Source of the DNA: Nitrospirota bacterium
Lineage (GTDB): Bacteria; Nitrospirota; UBA9217
Length of the DNA: 64,000 nucleotides
Reading direction: 5' to 3'
Assembly: GCA_963796285.1 (NCBI GenBank)
Contig: CAWCKW010000013.1
Location: 512,001-576,000 of the forward strand
Position numbers and translations under genes: made by a program. Shown one piece after another: positions 21,389-31,943 of this stretch (positions are counted from its first letter, which is position 1; each line of letters begins with the position of its first letter). The notes beneath the pieces are model-generated. The model ran no database searches and had not been told where the DNA came from. It was given only the letters and a program-made list of their open reading frames with translations.

Positions 21389-22569
21389 CGTTGCTCCTTT
21401 TGCAGATCGGAAATTCTCTTTTCCAGCAGCGCTTTTTCCAGGGCCATGCCCGCCTGGTTCATAAAAATTTCGAGTGTATCCATGCCGCGGATAGGCCTCC
21501 GCTCGGGGAGATTGTCGCCGTAGACGACCAGTGCTACTTTACCGTCCACGACGAGCGGGATGGCCATGATCGCATCGGGCATCGCGCCGCCAAGCGCGTT
21601 CACAAGGGCAGTATGGTTCGGGTTCGGCTCGAGGATGCCAAGATAGCTGCGCCTGCTCTCTATTACGCTGAGGAACAGGGAGGGTTGATTCAGCGGGAGC
21701 TTGATGTTGCGCACGGCCTGGTCTGCGGATTTGCCTTTGAGCTCGATGCCGAACTGGCCAAGGCCGCGCACTTCGTCCTTTTTTACCATGAATAAGACAG
21801 CGCGGTTCACTACTTCGCTTGCGTACCGCAGGATCAGCAGCGTCACTTCAGCGGTTGCGGTAGGGAACCGGAGCTCGTCAAACATGGACTTAAGCGCCGT
21901 GATCTCGTTGCGGGGCCCTTCTTTTTCTATTCGGGAACGGAACTCCTCTTTGGCGGGTTCATGGCTGAGTGGGGAAAGCGGGGTCTTCACTGAAGCACTG
22001 GGCATGGCTGGCGACGCAGTGGCCGGAGTGGGACGGGCAGCTGCTGGTTTTTTTTCATCCTTCCGTCTTTCATCGAGGATCCGCGTACCTTCCATGAGGA
22101 GGTACTCGGCGCTGATGCCGGACTTGAGGAGGAATTCCTGCGTGTCGATCTCGATCGTGTCTTTGGGGACGATCTCGCCGAGCTCGAAGTTGAAGAAGCC
22201 CTCCTCCCAGTCGAGCAGGTCATAAACGATCTCTTCAATCTGCTTGCGAATAACGCTCTGGAGCGTCTGCGCGGCCACCGCCCCCATGTCCATGAGGATC
22301 ATGCCGAGCGGCTTTTCCGGCTCCTGTTTCTGCAACGCCAATGCCTTGGACAACGCAGTTTCGTCCAGCATGCCCTGGGATACGAGGATGTTCCCGAGCG
22401 AGTCGCGGATGCTGTCGCTCGCGGCCTGGATAACCTGACCATCCTTAAAGACAACCATTCCCGTTCCCCTGCGGCTTCGAACAACAAGGGTGCCTGTTTT
22501 TCTGCTCAGACTAATGATCTGGAAGATGTCGGGTAGTGCAAGATCTTCCAGCCTGCCGACAAGGCTCAT
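21385..22569 (-). CDS. DUF4388 (PATAN-like) + GAF-like protein
   Basis: MSLVGRLEDLALPDIFQIISLSRKTGTL, WEEGFFNF and LLMEGTRILDE are typical of DUF4388. C-terminal AIPLVVDGKVALVVYGD. Confidence 0.8.
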   Translation of the reverse strand: MSLVGRLEDLALPDIFQIISLSRKTGTLVVRSRRGTGMVVFKDGQVIQAASDSIRDSLGNILVSQGMLDETALSKALALQKQEPEKPLGMILMDMGAVAAQTLQSVIRKQIEEIVYDLLDWEEGFFNFELGEIVPKDTIEIDTQEFLLKSGISAEYLLMEGTRILDERRKDEKKPAAARPTPATASPAMPSASVKTPLSPLSHEPAKEEFRSRIEKEGPRNEITALKSMFDELRFPTATAEVTLLILRYASEVVNRAVLFMVKKDEVRGLGQFGIELKGKSADQAVRNIKLPLNQPSLFLSVIESRRSYLGILEPNPNHTALVNALGGAMPDAIMAIPLVVDGKVALVVYGDNLPERRPIRGMDTLEIFMNQAGMALEKALLEKRISDLQKEQR

Positions 22570-22599
22570 GAATGTACCCTCATAAACACAATCCAAAAA

Positions 22600-22627
22600 A
22601 TTATAACAGTTTAAGCAAAAAATGCAA
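22600..22627 (-). promoter_or_regulatory. sigma70-like promoter of the chemosensory operon
   Basis: Minus strand TTGCAT-16 bp-TATAAT with TGn extension. Confidence 0.55.
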
Positions 22628-22909
22628 GATTAATTCATCAGTTAGGATAAATCAATGCGAGGGTCGGGAGACATCATTCGGAACTGGCGTCCATCCGGTT
22701 GCAACACGTTTTTTTGACGATCGATCATGACAAAATGGCACCGCGAAGACAGAGGCAGTGAAGCGATAGACCGCGGAGTATTTAGATCGTAAAGCTTGAT
22801 TCAGGACTTGATCCTCCTTCAGTCTTTAGACATATTCTTTTCCCCGGGTGCAATCTGCGGACAGGTATTGTCCGTTTCTCCGTACCCGGCAGCGCGTCTT
22901 GGTCCGGTG

Positions 22910-23407
22910 TTATGTACTCCGGTAGTTATCGAACTGGAGCTCGATGCCGAAGTCCCTGCCTTTCAGAAACTGGATGACCGTTTGGAGATTATCCCTGTCC
23001 TTGCCTGATACGCGAACCTGGTCCGCCTGAATCGAGGCCTGCACTTTGATCTTGGAGTCCTTGATCGCCTTCACGATCTCCTTGGCCTTGTCCGTCGGGA
23101 TGCCCTGCTGCAGTGTCAGGCGCTGGCGCACCGTGCCCGCCAGGGCCGTCTCCACCTTGCCGTAGGACAGGTTCTTGACCGGCACGCCGCGCTTCACGAG
23201 CTTGCTTTGCAAAATATCGATCACGCTCTTGAGCTTGAACTCATCGTCAGAGACGATCACGAGAGCGTCCTTCTCCTGCGTGATATTCGACTTGCTCCCC
23301 TTGAAATCGAACCGCTGACCGATCTCCTTCATGGCCTGGGTCACCGCATTCGTAACTTCGGCCATATCGATCTTCGAAACCACATCAAATGAATTTTCTG
23401 CGGCCAT
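22910..23407 (-). CDS. yajQ: YajQ family nucleotide/c-di-GMP-binding protein
   Basis: [36 protein letters not shown]. Confidence 0.93.
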   Translation of the reverse strand: MAAENSFDVVSKIDMAEVTNAVTQAMKEIGQRFDFKGSKSNITQEKDALVIVSDDEFKLKSVIDILQSKLVKRGVPVKNLSYGKVETALAGTVRQRLTLQQGIPTDKAKEIVKAIKDSKIKVQASIQADQVRVSGKDRDNLQTVIQFLKGRDFGIELQFDNYRST

Positions 23408-23420
23408 AGCAACCTCCGGT

Positions 23421-23497
23421 TGATTGGAAAATGAATGTTGAAAATTGTAGATTTCAAATTTACAATTTCCAATTTACAATCTTCAATTTGCAATTCG
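23421..23497. repeat. Heptamer-array element, same family as 20886-21002
   Basis: AATTTAC AATTTCC AATTTAC AATCTTC AATTTGC with inverted left arm. Confidence 0.7.
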
Positions 23498-23499
23498 AG

Positions 23500-24162
23500 C
23501 TATTGCTCGATTATCTCCGTTCCCTTGGGGGCCTGAAAAATAAACTGCTGGTCGTCGAGACCAACGCCTTCCCGGATATCAGTAAAAGCCATCGTCGTCG
23601 TGTTCCCGGACCTGTCGAAGATCGTGAGGTCGGTGATCCGTCCGGCGTCATCGACAACGAGACGCATCTTCTTCATGGCCGCTCCCCGTTTCCTGGGCAG
23701 CAGCTCAAGCATGCGCGGCGTTGTCGGGTCCGCTTGCAAAACGTCGAAGTCGTCCCGGATATGGGCAGCGCCGAGCAGGAACGCCACAGGAATGTTCATG
23801 TGTTCGAAATCAGTAAAGGTCTTCTTGACCACCTGCTCGCTCTTTTTAGAATAGAACAGTGCAGCCTTGTTGTTGATGAGGATCAGCTGGCCGTTTGAGT
23901 ACTCGAGCAGGAGCTTGCCCGGCTTCTTGATCCAGAGCGTGCCCTCGAACTTCTGCGTCTTGCCAATGGACTTGAGGACGTTCTTCTGAATGACCTTCGC
24001 CGTGAGGTCCGAGAGGTCGCGATAATGGTTTTCGACAGAGGTAACCACGTCCTGCAAGGTCTGGGCATATGCAGGCTTTATTGCACCCGGTGATAAGACA
24101 GAGAAGAGAAGGGCAGCGGTGATAAGACACTGTTTTCCCCATGCACGATGATGAGCAGTCAT
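23500..24162 (-). CDS. lolA: Outer-membrane lipoprotein carrier LolA
   Basis: Signal peptide, GTLWIKKPGKLLLEY, C-terminal FIFQAPKGTEII. Confidence 0.82.
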   Translation of the reverse strand: MTAHHRAWGKQCLITAALLFSVLSPGAIKPAYAQTLQDVVTSVENHYRDLSDLTAKVIQKNVLKSIGKTQKFEGTLWIKKPGKLLLEYSNGQLILINNKAALFYSKKSEQVVKKTFTDFEHMNIPVAFLLGAAHIRDDFDVLQADPTTPRMLELLPRKRGAAMKKMRLVVDDAGRITDLTIFDRSGNTTTMAFTDIREGVGLDDQQFIFQAPKGTEIIEQ

Positions 24163-24276
24163 TATTTCCTCCAGAGTGGCTTATCATACCATAAATGATA
24201 CCTACTGAGAAGATAGAAAATGGGATTCATTTACCATTCTTGACAATACCCTGCTCCGAGATTATCATGAGACCGC

Positions 24277-26091
24277 ATGAAGCCCCACTCTCCTTCACAA
24301 GATTCTTCAGTCCGCGATATTCTCCGGACGGTCTTCGGTTTTGCGTCCTTCCGGCCGAACCAGGAGGCCATTGTCAAAAACATCCTGGACAGGAAGGACG
24401 TCTTCGCGGTCATGCCCACGGGCGGGGGGAAGTCCTTGTGCTACCAGCTGCCTGCGCTCTTGCTGGAAGGCACAGCAGTCGTTATCAGTCCCCTCATTTC
24501 GCTCATGAAGGACCAGGTCGACGCGGCAAAGGAGAACGGGATCGCGGCCGCGTTCCTGAACAGCTCCCTCGACCAGCCCGAGATAATCGATATCTACGGT
24601 AAGCTCAAAACCAATAAGGTTAAGCTCCTCTACATCGCGCCGGAACGCTTCGCCATGCCGCAGTTCATCGAAACACTGAAGAGGATCCCGCTTTCGCTCT
24701 TCGCCATCGACGAGGCACACTGCATCTCCGAGTGGGGCCATGATTTCCGGCCCGACTACCTCGCCCTTTCCGCTCTTCCGGAACTCTTTCCAGGCGTCCC
24801 CGTCGCCGCCTTCACTGCCACGGCAACGCAGAAAGTCCAAGAGGACATCATCCGCAAGATCGGGCTCAGGACTCCCCATACCGTTCGCGCCTCATTCAAC
24901 CGGCCCAATCTCTTCTACCAGGTCAAACCCAAGGCCGGGGTCGAACAGCAGCTTTTGGAATTTTTAAGGGACCATGAGGGCGAGTCGGGGATCATCTACC
25001 GGACGACCCGGGACTCGGTCACGGCAACAGCGGGGTTCCTGGCAGCACACGGCATCAAGGCGCTCCCCTACCATGCCGGCCTGTCGGCCGAGGCGAGAGA
25101 AAAGAACCAGGAGGCGTTCAACAGGGATGAGGTCCCGGTGATCGTGGCGACCATTGCCTTCGGTATGGGCATCGACAAGTCGAACGTCCGGTTCGTGGTC
25201 CATGCCGATCTCCCGAAACATATCGAGGCCTATTACCAGGAAACGGGCCGCGCGGGGCGCGATAATGAGCCGGCCCACTGCCTGCTCTATTTCAGCCGGG
25301 GGGACATCCCGAAGATAAGGTATTTCATCGATAGGATGGAGGACGAAGCGGAACACGCGATCGCCATGGAGAAATTGAACCAGACCGTGCGGTTCGCGTC
25401 TCATAACGTATGCAGAAGGAAGCAGCTCCTCTCCTTTTTCGGTGAAGCGTATCCCGATACTAATTGCGGAGCCTGCGATATCTGTACCGGCTCGGCGAAC
25501 CAGATCGACATCTCAACCGATGCCAGGATACTTATGTCGGCCATGGCAAGGACCAATGAGCGGTTCGGCATTGTCCACACCATCGACATCGTTATCGGCG
25601 CAGACACCAAACGGATCAGGGAACTGGGTCATCACGAGCTCAAGACCTTCGGCGCGGGAAGGCATCAGGACAAGAACCACTGGCGCTTCATCGTGAACGA
25701 ACTCCTTGCCCAGGAGCTGATCCGTCAGGACGGAGACCGCTACCCGGTCCTGAAGCTCACGCCACGGGGCGCAAACGTTCTCATGGGCAAAGACGAGGTC
25801 TTCGGGCTCAAGCGGGACGAGGTGAAGGCAAAAGAGCGTCGCAGAAAAACAGCTGAAGGCGGCTGGTATGACGAAACGCTCTTTGATCGTCTGCGCGTGA
25901 TCAGAAAAAAGATCGCCGGAGAGAACCATGTGCCTCCCTATGTTATTTTTTCAGACAAAACACTCCATGAGATGTGCAGACATTTTCCGAAGACTGCTTC
26001 CGAGATGCGGCGGATCTCGGGCGTGGGTGACGTGAAGCTTGAGCGGTATGGAGAGGACTTTCTGGAAGAAATAAGAGACTATGGGAGGTAG
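24277..26091 (+). CDS. recQ: ATP-dependent DNA helicase RecQ
   Basis: MPTGGGKSLCYQ, DEAHCISEWGHDFRP, QETGRAGRD, Zn-binding Cys, HRDC. Confidence 0.96.
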   Translation: MKPHSPSQDSSVRDILRTVFGFASFRPNQEAIVKNILDRKDVFAVMPTGGGKSLCYQLPALLLEGTAVVISPLISLMKDQVDAAKENGIAAAFLNSSLDQPEIIDIYGKLKTNKVKLLYIAPERFAMPQFIETLKRIPLSLFAIDEAHCISEWGHDFRPDYLALSALPELFPGVPVAAFTATATQKVQEDIIRKIGLRTPHTVRASFNRPNLFYQVKPKAGVEQQLLEFLRDHEGESGIIYRTTRDSVTATAGFLAAHGIKALPYHAGLSAEAREKNQEAFNRDEVPVIVATIAFGMGIDKSNVRFVVHADLPKHIEAYYQETGRAGRDNEPAHCLLYFSRGDIPKIRYFIDRMEDEAEHAIAMEKLNQTVRFASHNVCRRKQLLSFFGEAYPDTNCGACDICTGSANQIDISTDARILMSAMARTNERFGIVHTIDIVIGADTKRIRELGHHELKTFGAGRHQDKNHWRFIVNELLAQELIRQDGDRYPVLKLTPRGANVLMGKDEVFGLKRDEVKAKERRRKTAEGGWYDETLFDRLRVIRKKIAGENHVPPYVIFSDKTLHEMCRHFPKTASEMRRISGVGDVKLERYGEDFLEEIRDYGR

Positions 26092-26097
26092 TGGCAG

Positions 26098-27085
26098 ATG
26101 AGCTCCATCCTGCAATGTCCCGTCTGCAAAGATCGTCTGCTGAATTCCCTGCTGACGGCTACCAATGTCCCCGAATAACCATACGTTTGATGCTGGCCCG
26201 AGAAGGATATGTCAATTTTCTGCTTGCTCACAAGAAACATTCAAAGAGCCTGGCGACAGCCCGGAAATGATCGAAGCCGGAGACGGTTTCTTGACCTGGG
26301 CTATTACAACAGGGTGTCAGATGGAATCAATGAGGCTATTGCAGATAATCTCGATCGATCAGAGAAGAAACATGCTTACAGTATTCTTGATGCAGGATGC
26401 GGTGAGGGTTTTTATCTCAAGCGCCTCAAGGAGTCTCTGGCTGGCTGGCAAGGGCGTAAAGTTCCGATCGATTATTACGGAGTCGATATTTCGAAGTTTG
26501 CTGTTCGCCAGGCTACCAAGCGCGATAAGACAATGACTGGTTTGTTGCCAGCATTATCGACCTGCCCTTTGCACCCTCATCCTTTGCTGTTGTGCTGACC
26601 GTATTTTCGCCGGCGGACATTTTACTGAGTTTTCCAGGGTTCTGAATGACGCAGGCAAGCTGGTGATCGCAAGCCCCGGCCCCCGGCACCTGAACGGCTT
26701 GAGGGAGATCATCTATCCCGATGCCAGGGAGCATGCGCAATCAACAATGATCGAACAGGCCAGAGGTTTTTTTTCTCCGTTAACTGCAACGAGGATCACG
26801 TATTCGCTTGAGCTAGAAGAGCGCGGGGAGATCATGGACCTTCTTTCCATGACCCCCTATTTCTGGAACATCGATCTGAACACCAGGTCCAGGGTGGAGG
26901 CGCTTGACCGGCTGGCGCTGGATGTCGATGTGGAGGTGCGTGTCTTCGAGAAGAATAAGGGAAAAGGCCCTGCAACTCTCCCTTTCCGGCAAAAGGAGAA
27001 AAGCGTTCAGAGCCGGCAGGTCTGCCTCCACCGCGTTCGTGTCAAAAAAGGCCCGCTCGTGTCAGGAGCGGGCGTGGTTTTGTAA
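26098..27085 (+). CDS. RlmA-like 23S rRNA m1G methyltransferase, broken by several indels (probably sequencing errors)
   Basis: Joined frames give MSSILQCPVC...YQC..NHTFD..EGYVN, RRRFLDLGYY, LDAGCGEGFY, GVDISK, PGPRHL, MTPYFW. Confidence 0.75.
27044..27073 (-). terminator. Intrinsic terminator of the HU gene
   Basis: GCCCGCTC/GAGCGGGC hairpin with A6 tract on its left (U-tract on minus strand). Confidence 0.65.
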
Positions 27086-27093
27086 GGGAAGGT

Positions 27094-27381
27094 TTACTTT
27101 GCGCCGAGGATCGCGTCTTTAGCGGCTTTGGCAACCCGGAACTTGACAACCTTCTTTGCCTTGATCTTGATGGTTTCACCGGTTGCAGGGTTTCTGCCCA
27201 TGCGGGCCTTGCGCTGTACCAGCACGAGTTTGCCGAGCCCGGGCAACGTGAACGTGTTCTTTGCTTCCTTATAGGCCACTTCTGCGATGAAATCCAATAT
27301 CTCACCGGCTGCCTTCTTGGTGAGTGATGCCTTCTCCGCGAGCTTCGTCACCAACTGGGACTTCGTCATTGCCTTTGCCAT
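27094..27381 (-). CDS. hup: HU family DNA-binding protein
   Basis: MTKSQLV, LPGLGKL, RMGRNPATGETIKI, VKFR. Upstream TTGTCA-17-TATAGT promoter. Confidence 0.93.
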   Translation of the reverse strand: MAKAMTKSQLVTKLAEKASLTKKAAGEILDFIAEVAYKEAKNTFTLPGLGKLVLVQRKARMGRNPATGETIKIKAKKVVKFRVAKAAKDAILGAK

Positions 27382-27714
27382 ATTTATCCTCCTGTGAATT
27401 AGAATGGTGCTGCAATGCAGCAACTATAAGCCATTAAGACCGTATTGACAAGAACTTTTTTACCGCCCCTGCCGAACCATGGCAAAAATAATGTATTCAG
27501 CAATACCTAATAGAAGTGACCCAGCAAGGGTTCTTCTCCCCGAAAGAATAACACTCAAAATAATAACCCTTGACTTCCTGGCGCCAAAGTGAGATTATGA
27601 CTACCTAGAAGTTCCGGATGTACTTGTAGGGTAACCGCAAAGACAGTTCGACTTTGCGGTATTTTTTTTGTCCTTTCCGTCGGCTTCAATACATTAAGAA
27701 GGAGGTAGCTCATC

Positions 27715-27915
27715 ATGGAAAATGGTACAGTCAAGTGGTTCAATGATGCCAAAGGTTTTGGCTTCATTACCCGTGAACAAGGCGGCGATGTGTTCGTTCA
27801 TTTCGGCGACATTCAGGACAGCGGCTTTAAGTCGTTGGCCGAAGGCCAGCAAGTGCAGTTCGACGTTGTCGACTCACCCAAGGGCCCCAAGGCATCCAAC
27901 GTTGTAAAGCTCTAA
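27715..27915 (+). CDS. csp: Cold-shock protein
   Basis: [30 protein letters not shown]. Confidence 0.96.
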   Translation: MENGTVKWFNDAKGFGFITREQGGDVFVHFGDIQDSGFKSLAEGQQVQFDVVDSPKGPKASNVVKL

Positions 27916-27933
27916 GCGAACGCTTAACCCTTT

Positions 27934-27971
27934 GAAGCAGGCCCTGATCGTTTTCAGTGCCTGCTTTTTTT
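27934..27971 (+). terminator. Intrinsic terminator after csp
   Basis: AAGCAGGC...GCCTGCTT followed by a T tract. Confidence 0.7.
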
Positions 27972-28044
27972 GCTCCCGTTACACTAGAACAGGCTGAATG
28001 CACCGTGAAAAACAACGTCACGCGCACTCCGCCGAAGGAGACAG

Positions 28045-28425
28045 ATGCGATACAGACAGAGTTATAAGGAAAAATTGGCCCTGGAGAAGGCCGCGCAGGT
28101 CGCCGCAGGTCTGGTTTCAGAACGCTATTCCGGAGTTTCAAGCATCGATTTTCACATGACCTATTTCCAGCGTGGCCTGTCACCGGTCCTGATGGAACGC
28201 ACACTCAGCTTCCTGCCCGCTAATTACTGCAGCTTTCACCTGAAATGCGTGCACGACGGCTGCACGGACGGCGGTTATGACCTGGCCCCGGTGGTCGCAG
28301 GCCTGGCTAAATCCCGGAAGAAGTCAGTCAAGGGAAAGATTTTTTGTCATGGAACGAACGAAACCTTTGGTCATGCCAGCATCGCCTATGAAGTCAATAT
28401 TCAGTACAACAAACAGGTCAAATAG
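28045..28425 (+). CDS. Hypothetical Cys/His-containing protein
   Basis: 126-aa ORF with AAGGAG RBS. Contains CSFHLKCVHDGC and FCHG. Confidence 0.7.
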   Translation: MRYRQSYKEKLALEKAAQVAAGLVSERYSGVSSIDFHMTYFQRGLSPVLMERTLSFLPANYCSFHLKCVHDGCTDGGYDLAPVVAGLAKSRKKSVKGKIFCHGTNETFGHASIAYEVNIQYNKQVK

Positions 28426-28528
28426 AAACCTTCCAATGTTTCAAGGTCAACCAGTAACAACCTGAGTCCAGCCCCGGGTAACGTTATGCACTGCAGGCGC
28501 TAACGCTGTGATTGCTGTGTCATGACGC

Positions 28529-30739
28529 TTACAAATCATCCAGATCATTCATGGTCCCATCCATGTTCTTGCGCACCAGCACCTCCCGCGGCTTTGACCC
28601 GTCAGCAGCTCCGACAATACCGTCCTCCTGCATCATCTCGATCATGCGTGCGGCGCGGTTATAGCCCACGCGGAGCCTGCGCTGGATGAACGACGTGGAC
28701 GCCTGGCCGTTCAGCTGGACCAGCTCAACGGCCCGCTGGTACAGTTCGTCCCGTTCGCTGTCCTCAACTTCCGCAACCTGGGCCTCGACGATCTCCTTTG
28801 CCCGCTGCTGGAGCAGCTCGTAGTTGGGCTTACCCTGCTTCTTGACGAACTCCACCACCCGTTTGATCTCGGCCTCGGACACAAAACAGCCGTGTGCCCG
28901 GATGATGTGTGACGAGCCGGGAGGCTGGAACAACATGTCGCCCATGCCGAGGAGGTTCTCCGCGCCGTTCGCGTCGAGGATGGTGCGCGAGTCGGTCTTG
29001 GAAGAGACCTGGAAGGATATCCTTGCCGGCAGGTTCGCCTTGATGAGGCCGGTGATCACGTCCACGCTCGGTCGCTGGGTCGCCACGATCAGATGGATTC
29101 CTGCGGCCCGTGCCATCTGGGCCAGGCGCATGACCGAGTCTTCGATCTCTCGCGCCACGGTCATCATGAGATCAGCGAGCTCGTCAATGATCACCACGAT
29201 GTAGGGCAGCCGCTCTGCCTCGGGCATGGCCTTGTTGTAGGAATCGATGTTCTTATTCCCCTTCTCCGCCAGCGTGCGGTACCGTCGCTCCATTTCGGCC
29301 ACGATGGCCCGGAGCGTCTCTGCCGCCTTCTTGGGCTGGGTGACGACCGGCGAGAGGAGATGGGGTATCCCTTCGTAGACCGAAAGCTCGAGCATTTTGG
29401 GGTCGACCAGGGCAAGCTTGACCTCGCTCGGTTTTGCATTGTACAGCAGCGCCAGGATAATGGAGTTGATGGCAACGCTCTTACCCGAGCCGGTGGCGCC
29501 TGCCACGAGCATGTGCGGCATCTTGTCAATGCTGCCGATCACCGACGCGCCGAAGATGTCCTTTCCCAGGGGGATCTTGAGCTTCGACTTGTTCGACTGA
29601 TACTCCGGGGTCTCGAGGATCTGGCGGAAGTAGACGGTCTCGCGGGTGTTGTTCGGCACCTCGATCCCGACCGCGGCCTTGCCCGGCAGCGGCGCCACGA
29701 TGCGCACACTCCCGGCCTTCATGGCGAGCGCCAGGTCGTCTGCGAGGTTCACGATCCTGCTCACCTTCACGCCCGGCGCCGGCTCGAACTCGAACATGGT
29801 GACCACAGGGCCCGGGTAGACCTGCGTGATGCGTCCCTGGATGTCGAAGTCCTGCAGCTTGTGCTGCAGCAGCTCGGACTGGGCGATCATATCCTCTTTC
29901 GAGACCTTCTTCTCGATCAACGGGACAGGATCAAGCAGGTCCAGTGACGGGAGCTCGTAGGCATCTTTGACGTCTCTGGCCTCTTTTGTGCCCATGAACT
30001 CGAAAGTCGCCTGCACCGGTTTTGGCGGTTTTTCCGGTTTTACGATTCTCGGGGCCTGGGGCTCCGGCTGCTTCCGGGTATCCACGATCTTCGGCGGTTC
30101 CTTCGGCGCAGCCGGCCGCGTTCTGGCCTCCCGCGCCTTTTCTCTGCGTCCGCGATACACGGTAATCAGAATATCGACTTGCTCCGTCGTACGTCCATAC
30201 AGATTGCGCAGCCATGCCAGCGCCTTGAGCGGAGAGAAAGGCGTGAGAAGCATAAGGGCAATGACCATGGCCGTGAATGTGATGATGTAGGCGCCGATAT
30301 TGGAAAAACCGGCAATGAGCCGGCGCGCTATGAACCCTCCGAGCATGCCGCCTGACGGAATGGTCTCCCCGAACAACCGGGTCGTTTCGCTCCCGAGCCC
30401 GAAGAACGCTCCAGTGGAGAGGAAGAACACGATGCCGCCGACCTTCTTGAGAAGCGGGTGCGCCGCTTCCTGCCGGAGGGTGAAGAACAGGGCATACCCG
30501 AACATGAGGAGCGGGATCACATAGGCAGAGAGACCGAAGAGATGGAGGAGTGCGTCGGAGACATAGGCGCCGATGATCCCGATGGTGTTCCTGATCGCCG
30601 CGCCGCTGCCCGAGACGCTGAAGCACGGGTCGATGGCGCTGTACGAGACCAGGCTGAGCATGATAAGCAGCCCGATTGCGAAAAGCAGCAGCCCGACCAT
30701 CTCGTTCCAGTGCTTATGTTTGACTGCAGAAACCGCCAT
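28529..30739 (-). CDS. ftsK: DNA translocase FtsK
   Basis: N-terminal TMs, GATGSGKS, IIDELADLM, ATQRPSVDVITG, gamma domain GYNRAAR. Confidence 0.96.
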   Translation of the reverse strand: MAVSAVKHKHWNEMVGLLLFAIGLLIMLSLVSYSAIDPCFSVSGSGAAIRNTIGIIGAYVSDALLHLFGLSAYVIPLLMFGYALFFTLRQEAAHPLLKKVGGIVFFLSTGAFFGLGSETTRLFGETIPSGGMLGGFIARRLIAGFSNIGAYIITFTAMVIALMLLTPFSPLKALAWLRNLYGRTTEQVDILITVYRGRREKAREARTRPAAPKEPPKIVDTRKQPEPQAPRIVKPEKPPKPVQATFEFMGTKEARDVKDAYELPSLDLLDPVPLIEKKVSKEDMIAQSELLQHKLQDFDIQGRITQVYPGPVVTMFEFEPAPGVKVSRIVNLADDLALAMKAGSVRIVAPLPGKAAVGIEVPNNTRETVYFRQILETPEYQSNKSKLKIPLGKDIFGASVIGSIDKMPHMLVAGATGSGKSVAINSIILALLYNAKPSEVKLALVDPKMLELSVYEGIPHLLSPVVTQPKKAAETLRAIVAEMERRYRTLAEKGNKNIDSYNKAMPEAERLPYIVVIIDELADLMMTVAREIEDSVMRLAQMARAAGIHLIVATQRPSVDVITGLIKANLPARISFQVSSKTDSRTILDANGAENLLGMGDMLFQPPGSSHIIRAHGCFVSEAEIKRVVEFVKKQGKPNYELLQQRAKEIVEAQVAEVEDSERDELYQRAVELVQLNGQASTSFIQRRLRVGYNRAARMIEMMQEDGIVGAADGSKPREVLVRKNMDGTMNDLDDL

Positions 30740-30740
30740 G

Positions 30741-31556
30741 TCAGAACATCCATCCTTTATGCCAGTAGGAGGCGAGGACTATCAGACCGAACACGATCCG
30801 GTAATACGCAAACCACGAAAAATCGTGCTTTGAAACGAACCCGAGGAACGCCCTGACGACCACGAGTGCGGAAAAAAACGCCGTGATAAATCCGACGGCA
30901 AAAAGCGGGATGTCCGCGGCCGAAAGCGCGTGCAGGTTTTTCAAAAGGTCATACCCGGTGGCGGCAAACATGGTGGGAATAGCGAGAAAGAAGGAAAATT
31001 CCACTGCCACGGCCCTGTCGAACCCGATCACGAGTCCCCCCATGATCGTGGCTCCGGAACGCGACACTCCCGGGAACAGTGCGAGGCACTGGGCGAACCC
31101 CACGCCCAATGCCTGCTTCAGAGTTATGCCATCGACCTCCTTCACATGAGCCCGGTGGTCCATCTTTTCAATCAGCAGGATGGCAACTCCTCCTACTATG
31201 AGCGCCCCCGCAACAGTGATGGGATTGAAAAGATACGCTTTGATGGCCTTGTGCGTGAGCAGTCCGAGGAATGCTGCCGGAAGGAAGGCCATCATGATAT
31301 TCATCGCAAGAGAGCGGTCCTCTTTTCGGGTTGGCAACCCCTTGAGCACGGAGAGAATCCTTTCTCGATAAATCCAGACGACCGAGAGGATCGCCCCCAG
31401 TTGTATGAAAACCTCGAAGACCTTTGCCTTTTCGTCATCAAAGCCGAGAAGGTCGCCGGCAAGGATCAGGTGTCCTGTTGACGAGACGGGAATGAACTCA
31501 GTTATCCCCTCCACGATCCCCAGGACCAGTCCCTTTAACAGAAGCAGTATATCCAT
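30741..31556 (-). CDS. uppP: Undecaprenyl-diphosphate phosphatase
   Basis: GIVEGITEFIPVSSTGHL, PGVSRSGAT, EFSFFLAIP. Confidence 0.95.
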   Translation of the reverse strand: MDILLLLKGLVLGIVEGITEFIPVSSTGHLILAGDLLGFDDEKAKVFEVFIQLGAILSVVWIYRERILSVLKGLPTRKEDRSLAMNIMMAFLPAAFLGLLTHKAIKAYLFNPITVAGALIVGGVAILLIEKMDHRAHVKEVDGITLKQALGVGFAQCLALFPGVSRSGATIMGGLVIGFDRAVAVEFSFFLAIPTMFAATGYDLLKNLHALSAADIPLFAVGFITAFFSALVVVRAFLGFVSKHDFSWFAYYRIVFGLIVLASYWHKGWMF

Positions 31557-31909
31557 CTATCGCCTTTCCTTGAACATCGTTTCGCAGTCCACGATATCAC
31601 CTTCTGCGACCAAACCATAGGCCGTTGGCCCGGATGATAACACGTATGACGCCTATCATGAGGAGGCTCGTAAGAAACCAGCCGCCCCGAAGTCGGAATC
31701 ATCGCGGGTGTGGAGGCATTATTTCACAAAGCAGGCAGGATTTCAAGATGTTTTGAAGTTGCTGCAAAAAAGGGACGCCATGCTTGACCAATCATCTCCT
31801 TTTTCACATGGTGGGTCGGGCAAGATTGGTCATGCAGCTTGTGTGGCAGGATACCTGAAAAAGTTAATCGCTGATGACACCTGATTCAAATCACCATATT
31901 GGTGCGAGG

Positions 31910-31943
31910 AAAAAAATTGCGGCGCTGAATCATCAGCGCCGCA
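31910..31943 (-). terminator. Strong intrinsic-terminator-like hairpin
   Basis: Perfect 11-bp stem TGCGGCGCTGA/TCAGCGCCGCA with A7 tract on its left. Confidence 0.6.
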
